Positions 45,862 through 58,366 of a DNA stretch of 64,000 bases are shown here, one piece after another (position 1 is the stretch's first letter; each line of letters starts with the position of its first letter). This stretch comes from Perkinsus chesapeaki ATCC PRA-425 (taxonomy: Eukaryota > Protista > Perkinsozoa). Both the position numbers and the translations under genes were made by a program. Where the stretch lies: positions 64,370 through 128,369 of the forward strand of contig JAAPAO010000024.1 of assembly GCA_013115145.1 (NCBI GenBank), given 5' to 3'. The notes under the pieces were generated by a model. It searched no databases. It had not been told where the DNA came from and was given only the letters and a program-made list of their open reading frames with translations.

Positions 45862-48026
45862 ATGCTCTTGTACACCCTCGTCGCTATTTCCTTTGGGCTT
45901 AAGTCCGCTCGTGCCATTGAGGAGATAACAAACACCACTGCAACTCCGGCTCCTAATCCCTGGTTCTATGTTATGGTAAGGCTATACAATAAATGCCCAC
46001 TATACCCCGGATATCCTTTTAATCATTTAAGGTTATCGATGCCGGCTCCAGCGGTTCCCGTATGAAAGTATTCCAGTACCGCCTTCCTTCCCCAGTGGTG
46101 AACTCGAGTGCATCGGACCCAATCGACCGATATATCGTCTGTAAGCATACGTATTCATGTCGCGTAAATTCACGATGGCTCTGGAACACCCTCTCCCACA
46201 TCTTTGACTGGCCTCGCTGCTTTCGCGTATGTAGTCCTCCTGCTGTGTACATTAGGCAGCCTGCATTGGATTTGCTGTCTGAACACCACCTTCTCAGTCC
46301 CCGAACTAATCGGCTCTTTCAAGACGTCCCCTGGAATATCATATTCGGCTTTGGCACCAAGTGGTGTAGTAAAGTCTCTCCTGGCTCTGATAGAGTATGC
46401 TAAAGGCCGCCTTGCTGCAGTAAAGCCTTTCTGGAAGTACTACCCTGTCTATCTCAGAGCCACAGCAGGTAAGATCTACACCGCAGCATGGGGACTATTT
46501 CAGCTTCATAGGAATGCGAGATGTCGTGCCGGCTCGGCGGGATGCATTGATGACCGAGTGCATCCGCTACTTGAAAGAGACGCCTTTCTACTTCCGGGAG
46601 GACTATGCACAAGTCCTATCAGGTGTGCCGTCTAACGAACCTCACTAAGGCAGTTGGTGTCAGGCGAGGAAGAAGCTGCCTTCGGTTGGCTATCTCTGAA
46701 TGCTGACAACCGCACCTTGGCTGGCTATGATCAGGACGCTAGTCTTGGTTGGTTAGATATGGTAAGGCTCTTCCAGACTCTCTTAGTCGATGCCACTTTG
46801 CAGGGTGGGGCATCTTTCCAAGTCGCTTTCGTACCGACCAGAACTCATTATGTACTACAGAATCTATTTCCTATGGCCCTATCACCCAATGGCTATTCTT
46901 CGATACGGTAAGGTTCGGGTCTCAAGAGGTCGGCCCGCTAGGGAATGAGTGGGACGTTGACTGTCAGTGTTCGGTGTTCAGATTGTATACGAAGTCCTAC
47001 CTCCACTATGGCTTGGTGGAAGCCAACAGGCGAGTTAGCGCAGCTATTATATCCAAGGAGCTCCTAAGGGTAGTTGTTGTTTTTCGTTCACCTTTATTGG
47101 TACTCTGTCGATAGGTTGACTCGGTCTCAACGATTAACAACCCTTGTTACTTTGCTGGAATGGACTATCAGCCAGACTTCGCTACTGCACTCTTCCAAAT
47201 ACCATTGGCTGTTGTGATGCGTGGAACTGGTGATTTCGGTGAGTGTCTCAGACAGCTGTCGAGCAGTATGGGTTGTCTTCAGATAAATGCGCTACACTGG
47301 TGCGACATCTATTCGGTTCGAGTACTACAATCTGTTGGGTTAGAGATTGTACGTTTGACGGTGTCTATCAGCCTAGAATTGACAACACACGTTTTGTTGC
47401 AGTGAGCAACTTTGCGGCGGTAAGACTGTATCACATTCTTCTCGAACTGGCCACTGAAGTCCATTGTGGCGGCTCAGCTGCAGGGGTTCAGCACTTCCGT
47501 GTTGTGGCTGTAATCCTTCAATAGGTTGCCGACTCACTTGGTCTCCATACTACAAGCAGCTTGGAAGAATGGCACCAGGCAGCTCGGCGGGTGTGCTCGA
47601 TGCCATACGATAAGTTCACAACTGAATATTCTCATGTGAAGCAGCCACGTCGTGATGGGCTCTGCTTCGACTCGACGTACCTTTACGTCTTGCTCAATGA
47701 GGTGGGTTCCTCCGTGAGAGCGAATTACCTTGGTTATTTTTTTCAGTTCCTAAAATTTGGCTCGGCAGCTAATACAACTTTGGAGTTCAGAAAGCATACT
47801 CGGTCCGGTGTAGAGCTTGACTGGACATCTGGAAGCGTGACGTTTACTGTAGGGTGTTGCCTGATAAGGTCTCTGTGATACCTTCACCGGCTTTCAGGCC
47901 AGTGCTACACCAACTGCGACAATCCCTGCTTACAGAAAAGCAGTTCATTTGGCCTCCCTCAAAAGGGAGGAAGGGTTCATGGGCAAGATGACCGATGCGG
48001 TAACTCACAATGCACCGACCGCCTAG
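45862..48026 (+). CDS. GDA1/CD39 family apyrase (NTPDase); the 3' end may extend to about 48370
   Basis: Signal peptide and apyrase conserved regions VIDAGSSGSR, YLRATAGMR, SGEEEAAFGWLSLN, LDMGGASFQVAF and DWTSG. Confidence 0.9.
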
Positions 48027-48853
48027 CCAGTGAAATGCAGCGTGCCGCTTATCGTTCGCTCTAGATTATATATGCAATTCACAGTGGCGGATGGAGCATA
48101 GTTTTTTCCTATCTCCACTGTCCTGGTGCAGCCTACTATATGCTCTAGCAACCTTCGGCAAACGTATCAATCTCTACAGGACTTTCCGGGTCAGATATTT
48201 GCAGTATATCATTAGGCATTGAACGCTACATTTGGAGAAGTGGGGCTGCAAGGTGTCGGCACCTTCCTTGAGGATGAGATATTCCCACCATATTATAACG
48301 GTGATGAGTTAGATGAGGAGATGGAGTTTGAGGAACTACTCTTGGCTAAGTACGCTCCATCTGCCATTTGATCCCAGTTGATGTACGCTTCGAAACTTGT
48401 TCTTTACCGCTACATGAATGGCATGTCTTAGACTGTGTAGTGCGGTAGCAGCAACATGCTTGTCAGACAATCGAATCTGGCGACTTTGCCTGAGATGGAT
48501 ATCGTTACATGATAACGAGAGCCAAATACGGCCCCCTGTGCAGCGATTGACGACACGAGCGTTGAGCATAGCAGGTTGGGCGAGTATACATCTTACGATG
48601 TGAAATATGAAGGCATTTTTGTCTATACGTTGCGAAAGCAACTGTTATTCTCTTTGGTAGTATTTATTATCAACTGTGTCATGATGCATTATTTGATAAT
48701 TATCTATTCACATCAACCAATAACAGTACTGCAAGCCACTGTTCTGAGTGCTCAACCTGTAGAGTTGTCATGTGTCGTAGATGCGCTGATAATCTCGCGC
48801 TCGCCCTGATGATCGATTACTATTTGCCAGCAGCAGATTTTCTTCTTTGAACC

Positions 48854-50624
48854 ATGGCTGTTGGTCATCTATTGAGCATGCCTATAGTGATTATTAATAT
48901 GGGTGGTGAAATGATGTAGTGTACTTAACTCTTATGAGGTTAATGCTGTGTAGAAGCCATCTCTATCATCGTACATTACCGAGCCCTTTTTAAGGAACGT
49001 GGACTTGTGTATAGTTGGACAGGTATATATTGAATCAGCGTCTGCTGGCTCAGAGCATTCCTGATCATAAAAGGTGTAAAGTACTGAGTGATGTTGTTCG
49101 GGCGATGTTCGAGAAGTACTACAAAATTGGCGTAAGGAATGGCAAGGATTCCTTATCAGGTCTTTTATAAAGGAGATGTTTGTCCCACAGGAAATGTAGG
49201 CTACACTATGGCAATGTACTGCATTGGGGACAGATACTCGACACGATCGTTGCGGCAGTTGTTCGAGCGATTGGTTCATAGCTCGATAATGCGTCTCAAC
49301 GCGTTGAGCATGGATAAGCTTTTCGATCTAATATCCATGGGGCTGAAACTGCAGGTGGGGAGTATGCGGTGGCCGTGGCGGTAAGGAGGTATATGATAGG
49401 CTATACGATGCGGTAGATCGGAGGATATGATCATGGTAACGATGAATCATATTAATGGTATGAGACAGCTGGTAGAGAATGACAACGAAGTGAGAACTCA
49501 TTTACGGGCAGGACTGGTACACGGTACCCTAGGCTCAGCAACGCATAAATAAAGCGGTGGATGGTTTGAGAAGTAACAGTTTGAAGGGATTGGTACTATC
49601 TGGACTTCGTGGACTGTTCATGTACATATGGGAAGCTGCCTGCTAGCGATTTTAACGCATTGAGGCAGACGATCCTGCAGTGTTTCAATAGACGAAGAGT
49701 AGGGCTTCTTGGAGAGTATGGAATAGACTTGAGTACAGATGTTAGGCTAAGATATCTAACTTCCTTCAAGATGGCCTACAAGGGTCAGATGCCTCTATAC
49801 GTGTTGACAATAATGGCGTACTCCCCTATGGATTCGCTAGGCCAGGTTGGATAGGCTGTTTAAATGGATTGGCGAACGTGGGTAGGTACTGTTAAAGAGT
49901 ATACCAAAGGTGAGGTTACCCAAGTTAAAGAAGTGGATATCTTTTTGAAGAATAACTGGATGTAATGGTATCGCTTCGGTGCACTCGGACCGTCCATTGG
50001 GGGCAACTGTGATGATGCGTAGTGAGTTTAGGAAGCCCAGGGCTATCGAGCGTGTACAGTTTGAGGTGGATGGAAGTTGGTTCGATCTCGGTATGAATCA
50101 CTACTCGCTTCCTAAAGAAGGGAATGCGCATAAGTGGGGTCGCGCTTACCTCTCTGAAAATGGACATGTGTGTTTCAAGGAAAGAACATAAAGATCCATC
50201 GGCACCAGTGAAGCCTACTAGGACTATTGCCCCACAGGAAAGCTGATCAGTTGACTGACCATGACCGATCTAGCTCTTAGCAGGTTGCGTCGCGAGCCGC
50301 TCAGGCAGAACTGTCGATGCTAGCAAACCTCATATCCGCGGCGCCCAGCGACAATGAGGGACACCATAAGTTTACGCTGAGGTTGTTCGAGGATACTGAG
50401 AAATCTCCAGCTGGTGAAGTGATAGAGGAAGCTGAAGTGCAACAAGAAGAAGTTGAGACGATATCAGCCGAGGCAGCATCGAGGTGCCTAAGTGCAGCGG
50501 TTTGTTGCACATTCCTGTCGCCAGGTCATATAGGGAAACACTCAAAGGGCTTGAAGATGATTTAGATGATGCATTTAAGGGGAATGATGGTCTAAGTGAT
50601 GATGATATTCTAGACCTGTTATAG
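48854..50624 (+). CDS. OSCP1: OSCP1 (organic solute carrier partner 1) homolog
   Basis: PIVIINMGGEM..ILNQRLLAQSIPDHKRCKVLSDVVRAMF..FIKEMFVPQE.YSTRSLRQLFERLVHSSIMRLNALSMDKLFDLISMGLKLQ, with C-terminal DDILDLL*. Confidence 0.88.
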
Positions 50625-50719
50625 GCATGTCATGTTAAGGGTATATTTCTTGTATTATGAAGCCTTGAGTTTAGATATTTTCAAGGTATATGAATCGGCC
50701 GATTCTGTCGAATGGTTGA

Positions 50720-53689
50720 ATGTCGGTAGGAGTCGTCGCTGTGCGTACGTGTGTACGTGTAAGGCCCTTGTCGCCCGACGAGGCAAGAGTTGGTCATGCA
50801 CCGTGTGTTGATGTGGTCCCCGTTACTGATGCGAATAACAGCGAGTAATAATACGCTAAGCAGCATTAACACTAAAACACACTTTGCTTCACCTAGATCG
50901 GAGTTACAGCTCTCGTTAAGACAGCCGGGGGAAGGCTCCAGCAGCTCGCCGGAGCTCATTCGCTTCCATTGCTGTCTTGGTCCCGATTCAACTCAGCAAC
51001 AGGTAGAGAGCATCGAAAGGAAGCTGATATACGCTCAACTTTGAGGTGTTCGAACGCTGCGGTGTACGTGATATGTTACATGCTGTTCTTGAGGGGTACA
51101 GTGCAGCGGTGATGGCCTATGGTCAAACGGGAAGCGGCAAAACGCACACAATGATTGGAGACCCTTCAAGGTGAGCTATACGACTATAGGCTTGGACGAT
51201 GCTTTGCGCAATAGAGGTGATTTGGAAGGACTGGTCCACAACTGCGCAAAGGAGCTATTCCGACTTATTAAAGATCTTGGTAGTATGGGGAGGGTCTAAG
51301 GTGGCTAGAGCTTCTGGAGAGCTTCTGGGTTGTCTAGTAGGGGGGATATTTAATAAGATGTCTTTGCGGGCAGTTCATGTGTTACAGGTCGGGATTTAAC
51401 AGTGCGTGCCTCTTTCCTTGAGTTGTATAACGAGAAGCTCAACGATCTCCTAGTCTCGCCCATTGATGGGATGGAAGAGATACAAGATGGTCGGCATCGG
51501 CCACTGCTACGTCGCACACAACACCACAACCAGCTGCGAGTCCGATGTAGTAGGGGTCTCTAAGTGTTACATATGTCCGTCAGCCGAAGATCAAAAGCTT
51601 GTTATCGCGGGTGCGTCAGGTAAAGATAAGAAGTCATTTTATGTAGCAGGACTGAGGAAAATGGACTGTGAAGATACATCGGATGTGCTAACTTTACTAG
51701 CTGAAGGGACGGCTAATCGGCAAGTGTATGGTCATGAGCTTAACAGGCATAGCTCACGGTACTACCATCGGGGCAATGGGAAGAAATGAAGCGATCCGCG
51801 AAACTAGCCGTCTGGTGGCAGGTCGCACTGTCTCTTTACCGTGTATCTATCTAATGGTGGGAAGTTGACATTCGCAGACCTTGCTGGATCGGAGAGGCTA
51901 AAACTATCGCGTAGGACAATACGCAAATCCATTTCTATAGGGGTAGGGTAGGCACTGAAGATCAGCATAGGAAGGAAACACAGTCGATCAATAAGAGCCT
52001 TCTTGCTCTTGGGAAGGTCATTAATGCGCTTGCTCAACAGGCTGAGTGTAAGGGCTCTGCTATGGAAGGGTTGACATGCCCGCACCTCAGTATTGGGAAC
52101 ATCTCAAGGAGGAGCATCAGGCGATCCAGTCAGCTCTGCCGCTGCTATTCATGTTCCGTATCGAGACAGCAAGTTAACTCAAATACTAGCAGACTCACTT
52201 GGTGGAAGAGGGCTGGCGATGATCATCTGCACTGTTAGTCCGGTACACATAATATGCTCCCAGACCGAGAGCTAAATATCGGTATTATGTGGGTAGGCCC
52301 AGAGGAACTATGCAGAGACGGTGCATGTACTGCAGTACGCATTGAAGGCTATGAGTATATGTAATGTACCATTGAGGCTGATGAGTGGTCTGAGATCAAT
52401 GGCCAACTCTGCGGATGGAGGAACTAATGCGGAAACCAAAAGGTGCCTTATCGGTAACTGATAGTACTAAACCCTGCCCTTAGGATATTGGAGGATATGC
52501 GTGCTGAGGTTGCGAGGCTGAGGGCTGAGAATCTAGGCTTCAAGTCTAAGAACCGCGCACTCCAGCGAATGTTGGGAGCAGTTGGGGATAATGCTCAAAC
52601 CTCAGTGAAGAGCTCCATTCTGCCGCCCATCCCATCAGGAAAAGGAAAGAAAGTAGCACTGGGCCCAATGGGACAACTGGGTGTCCTAGGCTCAGGCGGT
52701 TCAAGGGGCAACATCATTATCACTGACGTCTGGATCCTCAACTCTAGCGCAGTCCTCTGATAAGAGAAGTACCGTTACTCTACCTCCGATATATAATAGA
52801 AGGAATAGAGCTGCCAGCTCTTCAGCACTTGGCATGTCTCGAAATAGCAGTTGGAGAACGCTCGAGAGGCACTGGCAATTTAGGCGTCTGACGGGGTATG
52901 GCCCTGCATCAGTTACTCATACGCGCCGACTATCTCCGAGGCAGCCTGGTCAGGCTCAGCCTCCCAGTCGTCAAGCTCCTACGCTGAGGCTACTTTGAGA
53001 CCAAAGGTAGTGTGGCACCCTATAAGGAGATTGCTACTTTATGCGTTGTTATTATCTTAGTCAGTGCCAGTAAAGCCCCGAATAGCAGCGAAGCGAACAA
53101 AGGTGGTCGAGAGGGTCCTACAGGATCTCGGACGGAGGGATCCTGATGAATGGCGGTTTAACTTCTCTGCGGTGCCTCTCAAACTTGGTACTACTGAGGG
53201 TAGAGTACTACGAGAGACGTACTAACTGTAGATCTTGACGATGCTGCGGGAGAGGGCACTGGCTCGAGTCGGTCCGATCCGCTCACTGAACGTCTGTTGT
53301 CCTCATTGGAAGGGGAGGACCTCCCTTTATGGCAGCGGCCACGAGAAAGCTCATCCGCTCAGCGACTGCCAGGTTATTCTGTCATTCGTACGATAGGTCG
53401 AACGTACATTTGCTCTCAGACACTACTGAGGATTCCGGTGATGACGAGGAGCTTAGCTACAGCAAGATCAGCGAAGATTCCCTTGTCAGTGGGGAAAGGT
53501 GTGGCGTTTTACTCAAATTCCTGGCTATTGCATCACAGGAGTGGAAGGAAGAGAGCTAGCCGTGCATCGCCTGTCACCACGAACAGAGCCACACCAAGTC
53601 CGCAGTCGGCAGCATACTCGCCAATTGAAGAGTGTGCGCTAATACAGGACTCCCTCGATGCAGCGATCATCAAACTCTTAAACCGTTGA
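50720..53689 (+). CDS. Kinesin with an N-terminal motor domain, KIF12-like
   Basis: VRVRPL, P-loop [40 protein letters not shown] and [21 protein letters not shown], followed by a coiled coil and a low-complexity tail. Confidence 0.92.
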
Positions 53690-53940
53690 CTATTGTAATG
53701 TAAAATTAGCATGTATTATTGCGGGGTGGATTACTGGAAGGTGTTTCCTACTGTCAAGAGACCTCTTGTGCTCATCCAGAGGTGTGGTGTGCACGATAGG
53801 CTTTGGGGGATTTACCGTAATCATGTCGTCATCATTACGGCTAACTACGGTATCACCGCGCTTTATCGCCCGACGCAGTACAGCGTGGGCAATGGTCACC
53901 GGTCGATCATTCTGTTTTGAGAAGAAGCGGACGTACATTT

Positions 53941-54343
53941 TTAGAAGAGCGGCCCCTTTGGAGAACACAGAAAAGCTGCGAGGCGAAGGTAGTAATGGGT
54001 GACTCTGCTGAATACGCGTGGGTCTTGAGTTGTGCTGTAGATGCTGAGCAGCACTGGCCACCAGGCAATAGGTCGGGGGATCTACAGCTTCCCTCGGAGC
54101 TCAATAGGAATCTGTTTGTTTATAACTCTCGGCATACATGTGGCAGGTGGGGGATGATTGCTGTTGATAGGGTTTGGAGGGCTTTACTAGGAAGCGGTCT
54201 ACAGTTCTGACGATAACACAGGGTGACAGGAACAAGCCGATACTAACATTGAATAGGGAGGAGTTCGAGGGTGTTATGGCTGCCAGAGAGGAAGTTGAGA
54301 AAGAGGTTGTCAATTTTGGGAAGAAATTATAATAACCGACCAT
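53941..54343 (-). CDS. Small hypothetical protein (about 98 aa, 4 exons), head-to-head with the RCC1 gene
   Basis: Three short GT-AG introns can be removed in frame from the ATG at 54343 to the TAA at 53941. No homology recognised. Confidence 0.3.
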
Positions 54344-54436
54344 GCCTCAATTGTTATTGTTTCTGCTTGTAGTTGTCGTGTTGTGCTTGAAGACGTTCGA
54401 GTTTAGATTCGAATGAAGTTGTTTGTTTTTTAATGT

Positions 54437-56173
54437 ATGGATAGATTCCTTTCCATCACTCGGCGACTAGGACCGACAGCTTTTCTCTCTCTAGGACTGT
54501 TCTCTGTCGATCATCATAAGTATTCCCGGTGTGAGAGCTCCAAGGAACCTCAGCAGGCTGAACGTATATCGATATATGCGATGGGATCTGTTGGACCGTC
54601 TCTTGACAAGACACGGCGGGGAGCACAGCGACTATCATTCCTCCCGGAGAAGCAGTGGGCTCGCGTTACACTTGGAGAAGAGTTCGGTGGTGCTGTGACG
54701 GAAAACGGCGAGGCCTGGGTCTGGAGAAAGCGCAATGGGAAGAACAATGGCAACAGTAGCCACACTGGCAACGCTGTTGTGCGAGCGGTAACGTTGCCTG
54801 GAGAGGTACGGGCGGTTGATGTCCAATCATCACAGACTGCACTATGGTTACTGGGTGATGATGGGTATGTCTATATCCTACAGGGTGCGGGTACCAATGG
54901 CAACAAGGGTGCAGCTGTTAAGTGTCCGGCTATACCGAATGATGTTAAGCTTTCGGCGATATCAGTGAGCGCTGCTCACTTCGTTGGACTTGATCAGGAA
55001 GGAGGTGTCTGGTGTTTTGGTAACAATTCTCGAGGGCAATGTGCAGTTGATCCTGCCCTTCATGGATCACTCCTGATAGCGAAGAAAGTCTCTTTCGGAA
55101 AGAAAGGCCGATACGTACGTGAGCCGCGAGCTATGAAAGTAGCTGCTGGGGAGCGTCATACAATGATCCTAGATGATAATGGCGAGGTCTGGACATGGGG
55201 CGATGACACACTCTTACAGCTCGGCCATGGTGACACCAGGTCAGTACAGCTTCATTGATGCTATCGTTGAGTGTCGATGTAGGTGGGCTGCGAACAGTTC
55301 ATCTGCCAAGCTCCCCGGAGAGACTATGAAAGACAAGAAGCCGCCTTCGGGTACTTCTACCTCGCGGCCTCTTGTTACCTATGAGCCATTTGAGACCCAC
55401 TTGAGATTCACGCCCACCAAGATCGCTGAGCTTCCTACCGATTTCGATAAACAGCAGACGCAAGAATTATCAGCTAATGTGAGGAGTGTTCATCCTCTTG
55501 CACTTCGATAACTATTTATCTCATCCTCAGAGGTCCGGTCACGCGCCCGAAGATATCTTCGCTGGCTACCGAACTTCATTCCTTGTTATAAATGATACGC
55601 CCTTTGATCACATCCCGCACCATGAGCATCATGATGCTGTTTATGCCTGTGGTGACAATGAGAAAGGTCAGTGTGGAAGAAGCCTTCAGGTAGGTGTTGA
55701 AATATCACCTATCACCACGGGAAGGTTATTCAGTATCCTCAACAAACGTTTATGCGAGTAAGGTTGCCTAAAAGAATTCAAGTTCAAATGGTACAGTGCA
55801 GTAGCAGCCATTGTGCTGCATGGGTCAAACGGGTTGGGCATACACTTGGTGGTCCAGATGAAGGGCTTGTACGAGATTGGGGTATATACACATGGGGTGA
55901 GAATATCGATTCCAAGGTGGGCAGGCCTCCTTATGTCACTAGTTCTCTGCGTCTTCGAGGGTCAACTCCCTGTGTGAAGTGTAACAGACCCTGTTACTCT
56001 TGCATCAGGTATCGACGTCTAGGCGACAGCGTGATGTAATTTTGCCTCCTCTAGATGTCACTAAGAACTTCCCACGTGGCCGAGCACGATGGTTGGCCAC
56101 TGGGCCCCATGGCACTGCTGTTATCGTTAGTGAGCCAATAAGTCATGCTATCATCGAGGAGGATTCTATATAA
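54437..56173 (+). CDS. RCC1-repeat protein, possibly mitochondrial
   Basis: AISVSAAHFVGLDQEGGVWCFGNNSRGQC, VAAGERHTMILDDNGEVWTWGDDTLLQLG, VYACGDNEKGQCG and IYTWGEN. The N-terminus is Arg/Ser-rich. Confidence 0.85.
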
Positions 56174-56437
56174 CCAAGTGCTATTCGCGTATGGTGTATG
56201 TTAGTTTGTTACATGTACCATGTATGTTACTATTACCAGTTATCATTACTGTTGATATGCCAGTCGCAAATAAGATTGCCCGGACTATGGTGTACTCAGT
56301 ACACTGTACTGGCCATTTCCGCATCGCATCTTTCATTATGAAATCAGTTCGTATGCTATGCTAGTTAAGTTGATGGATCGAGGTGCTTGATGTGATGGAA
56401 GTATCGTCGTCCATTGCAGTTTTAACTTGTCCTTTTC

Positions 56438-58227
56438 ATGTCTGTTGTTGATGCGGTAGACGCTGTGGACGATGCAGTTCTGCAAGCTGTAAGTATCCAG
56501 CTTTCGGTGTTGAGACTGTCTTATTATTCATTTTCAGGCGTCAACCTTACCGTCGACCCCCTCAACAGACGGGTTCATCAAAGCGTACACTTCAGTGATG
56601 AAGGCGGATGCCGAGTTGAGCACGGCGATGAGCGACAGACAAGCCTTGTACCGAAACACGGTGGAGACCGGCACTGGTCGAGGGGCTACATGGGCCGGGA
56701 TGCGAGGGCAGGTGTGAAAGTTATTTTGTACTAGTAACGGTGATTTTCATGGCTTAGGCACCTCGGAATCCTATACTGCGGTTACATGTTTGGAACACTA
56801 CAGATGGCAAGCTTTACCCCGAGGATGCTGCTGAACGGTGGGCGTGGTCCGAAGCAATTCCCCAGCATCATGTTGACTGGTCCAAGGAGCTATCATGTGG
56901 TCGATGGACACTCTTCATAAAGGCAAGTCTTAGCTGCATGCTCAGCTTCCTATCTTTTATTCATCGAAATGGTAGCCTTACTTTAGGGTGACGTTGTGTC
57001 GGATGAAGGTTACACGGTTGGGGTAACCAATGCTGTTAAATTCTCTGATGTGGTCGAAAGGCTTCTGATTTTGGGAGTATCCGACGAACACAGGAACCCT
57101 GCAGTATGGGAGAGAGTTGATGGGGATCGGTACGATGGAGTACAGTTCAGTCAGGAAGGACGGAAAGTAGGTATATTCTCTCTCCGTTGAGGAGATACGT
57201 ATAGGCTCCCTTAACTTCACTTTTTCGTAGGAGCTTGTCTTGAAGCTGGTGTTTTTCATGCGAGACGTCCCGGGTTCGATGATTGAAGTACCCGCGGACA
57301 TTGAGAGGCTCGTAACCGGGAGACGCCGAATAACCATGCCCACGCTTGTAGGCAGGCATTGCACCTCTCAAGCACCGCATATCCCCCTTTCAGATCCGAT
57401 CGTTGTGGGGCTATATCAGACGGGGGAATCTAATTATAGAGAATGGTTCTGGGGATGTACGCTTCCAGCCGGATGGACTCCTTACTGCGGTAGGTCCATT
57501 TTATGTATCACGACAGTATATTCCCCTTCCAGCATCTGTTCCCTGAGGATCTTATGACAACAGGGCCACCACCAGCACGGACTGTGGAAGAGCTTTATGA
57601 TGCCGCAGTCAGAATGTGTAAACATCCAGGCCCTGTAGTCATCAACCATAGACTGAAGTAAGTTGGGCCCGCACCATCGAACATGACTCGGCTGCTACCA
57701 GTTTCGATCAAATCGATCCGTCAGCGTCAGAGATGGTCTACAGCATTCCAGTAGATCTGGCCTACTGTGATACACCGCTGCAGAACACCACATGTAGGGA
57801 CTTCGAGATACTTGTGATGTAACAGAGAGGTCTTCAGGTAGCGAGCCAACAGCTCGGAGGCTGACTTCTTTCCCCGATCCCAAAAGTGATACGTTAAATA
57901 CGTTAAAGAGCAGCTGCAATAACGTAACGGAGCATCTTGCTTTTGCTCTAAATCGTTACCTTTCAGCTTGTTGTCGCGGCTGACCGTTTGGATTTCATAA
58001 AAGCCTTTGCTTCTGATCCAAGAGGCGTGCTCGAAGCTGCATTGGAAGGTAAACCCGTAGAGCAAGCAGAGTCCAGAGACAAGGAGACCCGAAAGAGATT
58101 ACATGAAGCCGAGTTGTTAGCGTGCGCATCTCATCTAGTAAGCACAACCATGATGGCCGAGACGTCCGAGACTAGCGCCGAGGAGGGGCCCCCTATGACT
58201 CGGTTGCGATCGACGCCGCGGAGATAA
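56438..58227 (+). CDS. SWI/SNF BAF60/SMARCD/SNF12-like SWIB-domain protein
   Basis: LRLHVWNT..WTLFIKG, KFSDVVERLLI, VWERV..YDGVQF, LIRSLWGYIRRGNL, PGPVVINHRL and DFIKAFASDPRGVL occur in BAF60 order. Confidence 0.75.
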
Positions 58228-58366
58228 CGTCCTTCATTGTCTTCTTGGCATTAACACTGCATTCCCTGTACACTTGTAACTAATAATGTTTTCAATTCAC
58301 TTTAGAATGTAGTGGTGTTACTGAATAGCCTCCATATTGCAGGTTTTCCTTTTATGATATGGAACC

